Below are positions 13,390 through 25,735 of a stretch of DNA of 64,000 nt, piece by piece; position 1 is the stretch's first letter; every line of letters starts with the position of its first letter. Made by a program: the position numbers and the translations under genes. The stretch comes from Glycera tridactyla (Eukaryota): contig OZ286459.1 in the NCBI GenBank assembly GCA_965644265.1, positions 75,206,001-75,270,000 on the forward strand. The letters run 5' to 3'. The notes beneath the pieces were generated by a model, which saw nothing but the letters and a program-made list of their open reading frames with translations, ran no database searches and was not told the DNA's origin.

Positions 13390-14880
13390 TACAACCTGTG
13401 ATATTTTCAGTTCATGGGTCCGATCACCTCATAGAAGATCTGACGCTCTGCAGATGACTGCACAGTGAAGATTGCCCCTTTTGGAATAAAAAATTTGGAT
13501 TCAAATGACAACACCAATTTTTCACACCATTTTTCATTTTGAAATAAGTGGATTCAAACTAATAATGCTATTTTTCATGAGAAATTACACCGATTTTCTT
13601 TCAATGAGTTGATTGAAATTAATACTAATTCAAGCTAAGCCCAATAGTCATATCTTTAATCATGCATGAGTGGTATATGAATCAAGATACAATGACATGA
13701 GTAGTTTTCAGATGAATTCATGCAGGAAAGAGTTTAGGCCCTTACCTCTTTATCCCAATCATTTACAGTGCATATAATTATGTACAATTTACAGACTCAT
13801 TAAGCCAGTAATTTTACCAAATCTACTGACCCCCTTTCAATTTCGATTGCTCCACATTTTGCCCTAAAGGGAAAAATAAGATGGTGAGGAACCATTTACA
13901 TTCTGAATCAGGAATCTCGATAAATCTGCTTTTCTCAAATACCTGTAGTCATGCCCAGCAAATGAGCAAACATGGCAAGGCAAACACATAGATTTCACCC
14001 TCAATGACTATAATAGGCAAACATTGTGACTGCGATATTGATAACAGTGACACAACCAGCAGTGATCTAGTTCTAGGACAGGCTGTACCATCTAGTTTAT
14101 GAACTTCAATATGAAATTATTATCAAACTTGTGGTGATGCTATGCCAGATTTTTCAAGCTTTCAGTGATCCAACTCCCGAATTAGGTGATATTGACCCCC
14201 TGCTGCGGATTGCAATGATCATCAAATACCTGCATATATTGACATCTGAAATGCATTTAGTCATCAGTATGTGACTCCAATGACAGAATGACAAATAAGC
14301 ATTTTCTTTGGTAACAGAAGCATATCGTAAATGTGTGATTCATCCGAGTGAATTTCTGAAATCCAGATATTGAGATCGCGAACGGCATGGCTAACAGTTT
14401 CGAGCTGAATGGGGATTTGTGTGCAACATGCATTAGCAAGCCTACCAGGTATACATTTTTTATGAGATGTTCAGTATTCAGGAAGGGGATCCAGGACACA
14501 TTCAGCTATGATTGCTATGGGCAGAGTATGGTATATATGCATCAAGGGAGATCTGCCATTAGAACTGACCCAGTAAACTTATTCCAGAGAGAGACATCAA
14601 CAACAAAATATGCCAAAATACTCACATTCCAGGATCCAGAACTGGCACAATTTGCATATCACAAACACAGCACATCTTGTTATGGATATATGAGATGTGA
14701 ATCTCATAATCTTCAGTTTTTGTGGAAATGGTGCATTTCAATATTCCAGATTGTTATTGGCCTTTAGAAGGCAGATATACTACTCAATCCCTTCTCTGTG
14801 CTCCTAATGTGCTCCTAATGAGTTGTCTCACCTATCTGAATTAAATGTTAATTTTGGCCAATTCTATGTCCAGCTCATCA

Positions 14881-15077
14881 CAGGGCTGGACATTAAGTAA
14901 AATTTGTGTACGGGTAAGTGGATTACCATGCCTACTTGGCTGAGTGGCAAGTACACTTCATGGTTATGTGTATACTTCCAATACATTGGGCAAGAACATT
15001 AATTGTCTGGGCATGTGAGCATTGGTGAGCACTTGCCCTAGGGGCAAGTAAGCTGAAAACCTTAGCATCAAGCCCTG
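14881..15077. mobile_element. hAT-like MITE (CAGGGCT termini) with 5-bp TSD
   Basis: catca|cagggctgga ... tcaagccctg|catca; gggcaagt/acttgccc repeats; homologous to 25080-25300. Confidence 0.8.
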
Positions 15078-17212
15078 CATCACCTTCCCTTTTTGGAATG
15101 ACTATCTCCATAGGTGTGCTTGCATCTTGTAACATACCAGCCAATGGAGTACTCCTACTTTCCACTCACCTGTAACAGTGAAAACAGTCAAACATGAGCA
15201 ATTTCTCATCTCAATCCAAAGATGAAATCCAAAATCAATAGTCAATTTCATCTACAAAGGTAACCCTTGGTTGTCCCAACAAAGAAGAGAACTATTCAGG
15301 CAAATGGCTATTACAGGTGAGGGCGAGGGTGATTATAACAACAGCGATATAACCACAATGTTGACAACATGAAATAACAATGATAATGATCTTTGATTGC
15401 AAGTACTATAGCATATAACAATAGGATAAACTTCTCTGAAAATCTATTTGCTGGCTGTCAGGGTCAAAGTGATGAGTGGCCTTTCCAAGCACGTAATGAT
15501 TGTATAGAGTTGGCCTTTATAGCAGGGTCAAGTATATTCAAATTGAGATAAGATAAATATTCAAGTAACTGAAATGATATCAATTCAACAGGCATACATG
15601 GTTGGTTGAACTATATTCCCTGGCAGACTCTCTATTCAAGGAGTCTATAAAAAGTCAACCCTGGCTATGAAAACCAACTTTGGTCAAAACAGAGTGGTTT
15701 TAGTAGACAGGTAGACTTATAGAGAGATTGCTTACTGTAGAATATACTATTATACTCAGGGTGACCTTTGTTCAGAGGTGGTTTGCTGAGCAGGTCTGAC
15801 TGTGTCTTCAGGAATCGATAAGGAGGTAGATTTTTCAAGGTTTTGAACAGTCATGTTTGGAACCAGAGATTACAGGTCGCTTCTCTCCAAGGGCACAATC
15901 TATGCAAACACCAGGCTTTTTGACATGAGGGATCACCAAATTGCATGGATTGTGATTTGCATTTGGAACAGTGGAACACCATGCATTTCAACTCAGATGG
16001 CAAGTGCATTTCATGGATATTGGCACATCATGAATAATCATTTATTTGGGTACGCAGATTTCAGTGAGTACCAGTCTGATTTGGCAAGCACGTTGGGAGC
16101 CNNNNNNNNNNNNNNNNNNNNNNNNNNNNNNNNNNNNNNNNNNNNNNNNNNNNNNNNNNNNNNNNNNNNNNNNNNNNNNNNNNNNNNNNNNNNNNNNNNN
16201 NNNNNNNNNNNNNNNNNNNNNNNNNNNNNNNNNNNNNNNNNNNNNNNNNNNNNNNNNNNNNNNNNNNNNNNNNNNNNNNNNNNNNNNNNNNNNNNNNNNN
16301 NNNNNNNNNNNNNNNNNNNNNNNNNNNNNNNNNNNNNAAAAGGTGATTGAGGGGGTCCCATTGACCACTAATGCAGAATTTAAACCAATCACCACATTCA
16401 TCAAATGACATCTTAAGGGGTGGACATTTCCACTGACCTAGTTGCCCAAGGCTAGTGGATTCTAGAGCTGGGCCAGCTGACAGCTGACAGCTTCACGATT
16501 CCTATCATGATGCATCTTAGCGGAGGTTGATGAAGAGAGCACCCTGGTGACAAGTGAGTGCAGCTTGGATGCTAACTGTTCCGTTCAGTTGACATTCTCC
16601 ATCTTCAAACCTGCAGCAATGCTCAGACCATGGCTCAGAGAGACCGATCCTAGCTGCAGGCAGCAAAGACATAAAAAATATCCACCTGTTTGAGGGCAGG
16701 TATACTCCAGATCTGCATGCCATGCCCCTTCCAAATTCAGCCTGCTCCTTCATGTGTTCATCACATTCATGATCATTTTTCACCTGTCTCCTGGGAACAT
16801 GAATCTAAATTCAACACAAATCATGTGCTGCGGTGAAAATTACTGAGCAGTCATCTGTGATCCCAGGGCTACTCTTACCCAATTGGCCTGGCGAAGTGAA
16901 ATTTGTGTTCCATGAGTGAAGTAGAGTGATTACTTTCCAGACAAATAAAGGTTATTTGTTTACTTTAAAAAGGCGGACAAGAGCAGTAACTGATCAGGAA
17001 AAATTCTCACTTGTTTGATCGGGCAGGTACATACAGATCTCAGCTTTGAGCCCAGGATTTCAAATACCCAGAAAATATTCATATAGGACAGGGTATTCTT
17101 GTTCGACAGGTCAGAAATAGGGTTGATAATGGCATCTATGATTGGGGTATGATTGACCCTTCCTCCACTCCATTCTCATGAAGGAATCCAGAAATGTGGG
17201 GGAAATTTATGA

Positions 17213-17336
17213 TGGTTGGTTGGTTGGTTCTAGTTTAACATCATGCCAGCTCCATTTGTTCTATATTGTGCCATCCTTGCAATGGGCATCGGTGGGATCA
17301 ATCAAGACTCCTGCTTCTGGGTACCCAACAGAAGGT
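17213..17336 (-). mobile_element. 3' end of a SINE/LINE-type retroposon
   Basis: Minus strand ends ...gatgttaaactagaaccaaccaaccaacc, a (CCAA)n tail preceded by gttaaac, the tail style of RTE-mobilised invertebrate SINEs. Confidence 0.5.
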
Positions 17337-18522
17337 GAAAATTCATGAAGTTCACAGACAAGATGTCATTTCTGTTTGAGTATTTATGAATGGTGCTATT
17401 AGATCTTTCTTGGGACACATGCATAATATGACAATGGTCTGACATATCATTACCGAATCTTGAGGATGCTATTTACACGACTAGAATAGCACCAGAACGG
17501 GACAATTCCACAAGAGACCACTGGGCAAAATGATTCCATTTCACAAACAGATCTCCTTTAATCACGTATAGAGAGATCCCTGATTGATAGCATTACAAGA
17601 GATGGGCATGGGTGGGAAAGGAATGTGCCAGATGCTAGAGTCTCAGCATCCATGATGCGGGAGATGGATGGATGGATAGATGGAGGGATGGATGAATGAA
17701 TCAATGGTTGGCTTCAGTGCCAAGTATAGTCAGTGTCCACATGCAATGACTCACTCAATCTCATAATGGATCATTTCCACCCATCGGCAGGTGCCTACAT
17801 GAGTTGATGTGCAACTGCCAAGTGACCGGTGAAACATCCAGCACAGGTTGAATCTTTCATCTCTGCATCTGATAAAACCATCAGGGATGACTGGCTCGCT
17901 AGCAAAGCAGTCATATCTAAATAGCACCAAGCCCCCCCCCCCCCCCCAAAGATAGTGAGGTACAGACTATGTTAGTGAATAAGCCATTTCACTCAATTCA
18001 CAGCAAGGTAAATTAGACAGTGAACTGGATGCATGAGGACAAGATGTGGCATCAAGGTTGAGAATGGAAGGTGAAGTTAGAGGCCAATACAGGCCTTCAC
18101 CTCACAGCAACCAGCAGCCGCAGCAGTAATCAGGGGATCGGTGAGATGCTAGCCGCCGATGGAAGCCAACAACAGCAACGCAGACTAGTGGCACCGAAGG
18201 TCAGCTTCAGTACAGCAAGCATTCACCAGCCACAAAGCGTCTCTCGCTCCCCAGCATCACAAGCCCCAAATTAGAGACACCTTCAGTCACATGATTGCAC
18301 TATCTTTCATACTCCCACCTGGTGATTACACCAGGACACCTGCCTTTATTGGGCCTCGGCATATCTTCTCCCTTTGTCAGATAATCAGAACATCTGCCAG
18401 GTAGAAGCCCAAACTGATACAATAATCAGCAAATATTTGGTCTGAACAGAATTCCAACCTGAAGAGAATCTAACACCTTATAAGGAAGAAGTTTCACGGT
18501 ACTCACAGTGATTTTTTTATGA

Positions 18523-18568
18523 AAGTCGAAGCTTTCAGAACCCATCCGGATTCTCTCCTCAGCGAGTT
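18523..18568 (-). ncRNA. Minimal hammerhead ribozyme motif (PLE type)
   Basis: aacucg-CUGAGGA-g-AGAAUCC-ggau-GGGUUCU-GAAAGCUU-cgacuu: intact core, 7-bp stem II, palindromic AGCU stem III, stem I with 5 of 6 pairs. Confidence 0.75.
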
Positions 18569-18569
18569 A

Positions 18570-18785
18570 CTACTGAGCTGGCTTGGTGTTGGTGTCACGT
18601 GACCTGTAGATCGTAGCGAGGTCACGTGACTGGAGAAGCTCCCAATATATAGGCGGGAGAGTCTGCCGGCCCCGATCCCTGTTGAGTGGGGGGTCTGTTC
18701 TGGAGATGTGCACTGCTTCAGCCACCCCTCTCCTGAACCAATCAGGTTCCTGATAGAGGATGGCGACGTTAGAGTCGGAGAATTG
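18570..18785 (-). pseudogene. C-terminal fragment of a Penelope-like GIY-YIG endonuclease
   Basis: My translation: QFSDSNVAILYQEPDWFRRGVAEAVHISRTDPPLNRDRGRQTLPPIYWELLQSRDLATIYRSRDTNTKPAQ*. This fits the PLE endonuclease tail pattern F..SNV.IL..E..WF.RGV.EA..I....P.LNR..G...L.P.Y. It has no start codon, so the ORF track misses it. Confidence 0.85.
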
Positions 18786-20074
18786 GCGTTTTAGGATCAG
18801 ACTAGATCGAGACCAAACAATTCTAGGAATGTGGTCAAGTATTCAAAATCGCCTGCTTATTCACTGTGTTTGATTGGAAAAAATTGACAATTATGGTAAT
18901 ATTGAAGTGTGAGTCATATACGAAGGCCTCAAGATGTTGTGAACATAAACTGTTGAACAAAATGTGTACTCTGATGTACAATCTAATGCACTGTGTATGT
19001 GGTTATTTAATTCATTTGCACTAAGTAACTGAATGTATTAATTACTGAGGGTGAATCAAGCAGTGCGGGTGAGTGATTTCTCTTGATGACAGGTGCACTC
19101 TAATGACTGTTGCTGCACTCTGATCACATCTCCAGGTGTTCACCCAATAAACAAATGTGACTCGGCTAACATTCTTTAGTGACATGACTCGGTTAACTCT
19201 TTGATGCACAAGGAGGAGTATTCGAGCTATCACTGTACCTTTAACTCATTGAACCCAAAGCTGTATAAGCAATTCTCCAACAAAACATTCAAAGGAATAT
19301 CATGAATCCAGATCTAAAGTGAAACTTTGTAAAAAAAAAATCAGTTGTAAGTGCTATACAAACTCCCGTTTGTATTGAGGGTTTGAAAATGTATTAAATC
19401 TGAGTAAGAATTGAGCATTCTCTGAACAACACTGCTGCCACTATCCAATAGGTAAGTCACTGGTGGCCTCCTGAATACCCAGGAGTAATTGGTCTTCATA
19501 AATGTTAGGCTACCACCAACTACATGTATATGAAATACAGCCATACACAATCCCCACCTTAAAATTGATCTATTCAACATCATGGTTATGATCCTTGATT
19601 TGTCGATGGATAGTAGTCCCTCTACATTTCAATAGTCAGCTGACCCTAAACCAAATGAGTTTCTGTAACGTGCTCCATGCAAATAAGTCACCTGCCTCCT
19701 GAGGTGACAAAATAAGTTCAGAATCAGCATAGCCCTATTAAGATAGAGATCCCTGCATTCACAATAGGAGCAGTATCATTAATATTTTCCAAAGCTCCAT
19801 AAATGTCCTGCCAAAATCTCTGGGGTAAAATGAACTACATTCATCATTTTTTGAGTGATTCTCAGTGCTCGGACTCCTTGCAATAGTAATGATCGATTTA
19901 TCAGACTCTGCAGCTATTGATTATCAATCAAATAATCAGAGATCAAAAACCCCTGGCTGACCTAAAAAATACCCCAAATTTGCAGCGAAATCATAACTTT
20001 GTAACCACATTTATGGGCAATAATTCAATCGGATTAATCGAATCAGACATCTCAAAGATGTAATAATCGATATA

Positions 20075-20722
20075 CCGTATTCTCCCTAATTAGCGCCCCA
20101 GGGCGCTTGCTAATTGAGAAAGTGGGGCGCTTATTTGTTCATCATATGAAAAATTGCCGATGGGCGATAATGGGGTATTTTCGCGAATATAACGTCAATG
20201 GCTGCCAGAATATCAACGAAACATTTGATAAACGTATTACTCGGGTTCTATTTGTGTCACATAGGACAAAAACCGATAAAACTGCAAGGATATGACGAAA
20301 ATTTGCCGAAAAGACAATGATGAAGAACAGCGTCTTCTTTCGTCTGTATAACCCACTCTCTTTGACAAGTCAATTCCGTGTTTCAGACGTACGCTGCCGC
20401 GATGAATAACTAAGAAATATCGAACTCACAGTGAAAACGATGGTGTGAATGAATTCCTAGGTATAAAATCGTGTGGTATCCATGCATAAATCTCTCAAAT
20501 CCATCGAATATTCGCCGAAAACAGTGGAAATATCGAGCGGCAATGACTGGCATCTTCAACCACGTGCGCGCCGCCATGTTGGATCTGGCCTTCGAGCTCG
20601 CTCAAAAAGTGCGGGAAATTCAAACGTCCGAGACTATCAAAGGCCAGTCTGCAACTTCTCCCTCCCACGGGAGGGGGGGGGGGCGCTTATGAGGGTGGGG
20701 GCGCTAATTAGGGAGAATACGG
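20075..20722. mobile_element. Tc2-like (TcMar) MITE, 648 bp
   Basis: TA flanks; perfect 25-bp TIR ccgtattctccctaattagcgcccc; CpG-rich interior; CCGTA termini are typical of Tc2-type elements. Confidence 0.92.
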
Positions 20723-23700
20723 TAATCGGGTAATCGTCATCGCACTACTGATCCTGCATTGTATCTGAATACCTTGCATGAAAAGAAACTGGTTAATTCC
20801 AATTGCAGGTCATCCTGAATTTCATGACCCTTTTATGAACATAAAACAGTTTCACACCCACCCCAAACTGCACCTGTTGCATAAAGGATCTCAAATTATT
20901 TGCCTCAATAGCTATGAAGGATATCTAACCATAAAAGATATGACACATCACACCTCCTCCTATGTTAAAGTCCGCAACTTTTCCACCACAATTCACAACT
21001 TCTATTCAGGTGAAAAACATGACCAACAAAATAAGTGAGGATATTGGGACTAATGGAATGTTGTGTAACCCAGGTGAATATCAGATCCATGAGTAAACCA
21101 GCAAATGGGGTTACTATCTCCGTTACTATCTCCCGAATAAGAGGATGACTAACACAATGGAGATATGTATGCGGGAATTCTGGAGTGGTGTGGGGGGTGG
21201 TATCAGCAGTGTCAACAGCCATGTGAGGACATGAGGGAGAAATGTGAGTGGATCTTTCTGAAGCTATGTGGGTTGAGAAGCATTGGGGATCAGGGAAGCG
21301 TGACCTAACCAAACTTCTCACCACATATCGGTGTAGCGTACTCCCTCCTGAACAACACTCTATTCTGTCCAGCCTTTACATTAACCATTCATCACTGCCA
21401 ACATACTTTTCATGACTGCACAATCATACTGCTATACAATGTATATCCAGCTACTCCTCAAATGATTTGGTATCTTGCCACATATTTGTAATTTCAATTC
21501 ATCTAGAAGTACCTAAAGTACCTGTTGAAGCAAAAAATGGCTGATTAGGATAGGTGGCTGTTAAGGAGAGTTGAACTTTAGTGACAGAGAATAACAGAAC
21601 AGCCTGCATCAAAGCAGGCTGTTTTATTATTTCCAATCACTAAAGTTTAAAGGACAGGTGACCAGGGCTTTACATCAAGGCCTGCCCGGTCGGCATAAAC
21701 AGGCAGACCAATTGTTACGGCAGATAATTTCAGCAGTGCACCTGCCAGACGCGCAGGTACAGGTATATGGCAGGTATATGGAAAGATGCAGAGGAGTTGT
21801 TATCCATGAAATGACCAGATTCCTCAAGTGCCATGATATGTTCTCTCAGTTACTCATCCAGGATCTTTGGTATAGCACAGAACACTATCATATGCGACAA
21901 TATGTAATAGTAAGATGGATCCAATCAAGGAGAAATAACATGAAAATACCTGTAGCGTGAGCAAGTAGATTTCACACCAGCTGCCCCCCCCCCCCCCCAT
22001 AAAAGAATAGTAAGTTGCTGTTCTATATTCATCACAAATTATCACCATGTTCCACTTATCAAACAAGCAGGTAGTTTCAAAATTTATCCAACTTGGAAAT
22101 TCACCTGCCTCTAGGCAAGTGCATTCAACTGAAGCCAAAAGGCCCAGTAATTCACTCAAGTATAGATACAAATGTCAATCCAATGGCAAAGTCTTTTCTT
22201 CGGAAATAGAATCAATCATGAATACTCAAATAATTACCAGCTGTTCCAAATGTTTTTCAGTCAGATATGGATAGTTTTATCCTGAATGATACTATACATT
22301 TGAACTGCCAATGCACAGCATAGCCATTCCTAACCTAGTCCAGAATGTGTAAGGCTTTACATGAGCAGTTCTCAAGGCATAGCGTGATACATTACCTGAG
22401 AGGTACACCAATAAAAGGCTGTGTGTTTACCGACACTTTTCTGAACAGCTGTCAATCATGACAGTCCTACACTCCCATCACATCAGTCCTGCACCCAAAC
22501 CACCAAATATGTGAACCAGGACACTAGTTAATGACACAGTCAACTGTCTAGATCTTTTTATCCCTCGTTTTATGAAATCCAGGGTTCTAAAAACCAACAC
22601 ACTGATTCAAGTGTCAATATTTTGTACACAGTTTGTTATATGCATTGCCCAATTCGGAATCCACCTCCCACACAAAGGTACACATAGCGACAGACTCCTG
22701 GGATTGTCAACCGCCACAAGAGGCAAAGATTTCTTGTCCACACTAGTGTGGAATGGCTGCCACATGAATTTGGTTAACCACAACATTGACAGTCATCAAA
22801 AACATCTCGATCCAAATTTGACCATGCAGTCTGAGCACAGACAATGTATATCCTGTTGAAGTCCACTTTGGGAAGACATTGGTCTCCGTTGGATTCCAGT
22901 GGAATCTTCTCCAAGTGAACAGAATGCAGTTTGGAATGTACACCCGAAATGAAGAAGGATCTCCCCTTCACATACAAAGGCCTGGTAAATGTACCACAGT
23001 CAACAGTTCATATTTGCTAGTTTGTACTCCTCTCCCAATATCAGATCCAATGACGTTTCGAGACCTATTCATAGCATCTGGATTTCTTCCAAGGATGAAT
23101 ATAAATGTCAATTCAAGACTCAGGTAACAAAATGGAGATGGGATGTGATGTTAAAACTGGCACTGAATGTTTATTTTTAATTGCTCAAATATGAACATCA
23201 TCAACACACTTGATTCTGTACTCCATTTGGGACTGACACTAAGTACCACAAGTTTATGACTTGATTTCTTAAAAAATGTACTATCATGGGAAAATTCAAG
23301 CAGCAGTGCTCATTGAATTTAATTACTTAATAGCAGTTTGGTAAATCCAAGAAGTTTACAGGACCTGTGCAAATGATGGGTTTGAACCAAAATTGATTGT
23401 ATGACATGGTCAGGTATGGATGGTGTACATGAAGAGAATGTTCACCACATATCTACTTTTCAAGATTATTGAAACGTCACTGAAAGTCAACTATCCCATC
23501 TTGAACAGTCAGGTGTAGCATTCTGAATCAATAGAAACAAATGGCATCCATCTGAAATTTCAGATGAATTCCAACTCAATCAGGAACAGAATTAAAAGAC
23601 CCAGTGAAAAGTTGTGTTCCCCTCGGAAATAAAGAGCATATCATAATACATTCAAGGTTGCAGCCTCCCATCCACTTGCCAAGAATAAGTGAGTTATTTC

Positions 23701-24460
23701 CCTGATATACAAGTATAATTTCTTCTAACCAGAGACCGAAAGTGCCATCAGCCCGCCACTAGCGCCATTGTGTTGTGGGTATGTTACAGGGTGCCAGCAC
23801 ACCCGGCCTGCATATGATAAAACTATTGGTCACAAGATAATCCATGTCATAATTTCCTCTCATCACCCTCATTAATCTATTACCCCAGTAGCCTTGTTAC
23901 CATCATGCTACTGGTCACTGAGGTCATTGCTATAGTAGGATTGCATGACCTCGATATGACTTTATTGAGAACAAAATCTTGGAGAGCACGTGATCAAATT
24001 TCCAAAGATTTACTCTTCCAATTCAGAAAATGATGCTCAATGGTATGGTTTCAATGCAAACGAAACTATCTTGACGATCTGGAAAAAATGGATGTGCTGT
24101 CACTGTTCGATGTAATCATGCTTGACTTTTGATTTGGTCACTCGAGTAGCCGGAGAACATCTCACTTGCCACTGAAATGGTGAAAGGAGTTGATTGTTAC
24201 TGAAGATTTCAGTAAGAGGAGAAAGTAAATAAGGTGGACAAACAAGGTGTGGCTTCAGCAGGATGTGGATGAATGTAGTGGACACAGGCTGGGCCTGCCT
24301 TCTATACCCCAAACCGCAGCTAATTCCCATTGTATAAGCAACTTGAGTCTCACTTCCTGCTCTTCAAAAAAGGACCCTCGGTTGATCAAATCACAGTTCA
24401 ACTCAAATACCATATCTGAGTTGGTATCTTTGATATGTATTAGCATCTGATGTGATAATA

Positions 24461-24637
24461 CAGTAGAACCTGCTTGAGTGTAAACCTGTGCTAGGCAAAA
24501 TCCTGTCTTAAGGACATACCCCACGGTCTGCCCGGATGTTTTTTTCTCACTATAATTGTCCTGCGCTAAGCAAAATCCTGTCTTAAGTGGAAGAAAAATT
24601 TGGTCCCGTGACTTTTCACTTAAGACAGGTTTTACTG
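24461..24637. mobile_element. Family D MITE (inverted relative to 11732)
   Basis: ta|cagtagaacctg ... caggttttactg|ta; differs from 11732-11900 by a few substitutions and a small indel. Confidence 0.93.
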
Positions 24638-25079
24638 TATTCAATCTGATTGTGCAAAACTGAGACAGGAAATTGATTGGTGAAATTGCCCATCTTTCTG
24701 AAATCTAGAAACTCTGTATTATTTCATAATGAGCATATTGTACTCCATTAGATGAGATAACAGGGGTGCCAACCTTTGATGAGTGAAAATAGTAATGAAG
24801 CCACTTTTTGAGAGTAATGGAGGGAGTATTTGCAATGATTGTATGAGAAAACTTGGAATTTCTTGGAGTATTCTTGCGGGTACAATGCCAATATTTTATC
24901 CCTAAAAGAGTAATCCTCACTCCAAAGTCGTGATCTGAGATAACAACAATCATAATGGTTGGTACCCGAGAAAATGACAATCGTAATACTCTGAGATAAT
25001 GAAAATCATGATGGTTGGTCTCTCTGTTTAAATGACAATTGTAATGGTTGGTTTCTCCGATATAGCCCCCCCCCCCCCC

Positions 25080-25300
25080 CAGGGCTTGACGCTAAGGTTT
25101 TCAGGTCACTTGCCCTTTGGGCAAGTACTCATTGAGGTTAACTTGCCCGTATTGTGAATCTACTTGCCCCACTTATTTGATGCATACAAATATTCCTGAT
25201 ATGAACTTGTCCTTCGGGCAAGTAGGCTTGGTAATTCACTTGCCCGAACACAAATTTTACTTGCCCCGGGCAATAGGGCAACCCTTAACGTCAAGCCCTG
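25080..25300. mobile_element. hAT-like MITE (CAGGGCT termini)
   Basis: TIR cagggcttgacg(c/t)taagg / ccttaacgtcaagccctg; acttgccc repeats; both flanks are poly-C. Confidence 0.88.
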
Positions 25301-25542
25301 CCCCCCAAATGTGACAAGTGATCAAATGAAGCACAGAACTGATACATCAGTATAATAGATCATGAACAGGTGGACCATGGTAGCAATGACAGTAAAATAG
25401 AGATTTGAATATGGCATACATCCTACTTGGGGGGAAAAAGCCTTGATTGCTTTTGTCATTTTTATGATCAGCCTGCAGGAGGTCTGAGAGAAAGAGCTGC
25501 CAACAGCCACACCTGATGCCATCTACATCCTTGTCTATGCAT

Positions 25543-25735
25543 CAGGGCTCTATGCTAAGGGTTGCCCTACTGGCACAGGCAGGCAGAATTATTGTTAGGG
25601 CAGGTATTTTATGTCTGCCTGCCTGATGGCCAGGTACACCACCATTAATTATGTTATGAATATATGCAGAAGGGCAGGTGAAAATCACACTTCACCTGCA
25701 AGACAGGTGAAGAAATGAATTAATGAAAAGCCCTG
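25543..25735. mobile_element. Related CAGGGCT-type MITE, degenerate
   Basis: cagggctctatgctaagggttgccc ... aaaagccctg; similar left ends at about 21663 and 26987. Confidence 0.6.

Larger units (their letters stand above)
18459..18790 (-). mobile_element. 5'-truncated Penelope-like retroelement (3' end of ORF plus pseudo-LTR)
   Basis: GIY-YIG C-terminal peptide, followed by a hammerhead motif and a GTGAGT donor; diverged homolog at 42862-43024. Confidence 0.85.

Noticed and set aside
23055-23100. Hammerhead-like gaaacgtc (minus); similar partial motifs near 7935, 55490 and 57440
   Set aside because: CUGANGA core or stem II missing, and no PLE context.
22879-23127. EEGSPL peptide also found near 28800 on the same strand
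   Set aside because: The DNA is not otherwise homologous; consistent with coincidence.
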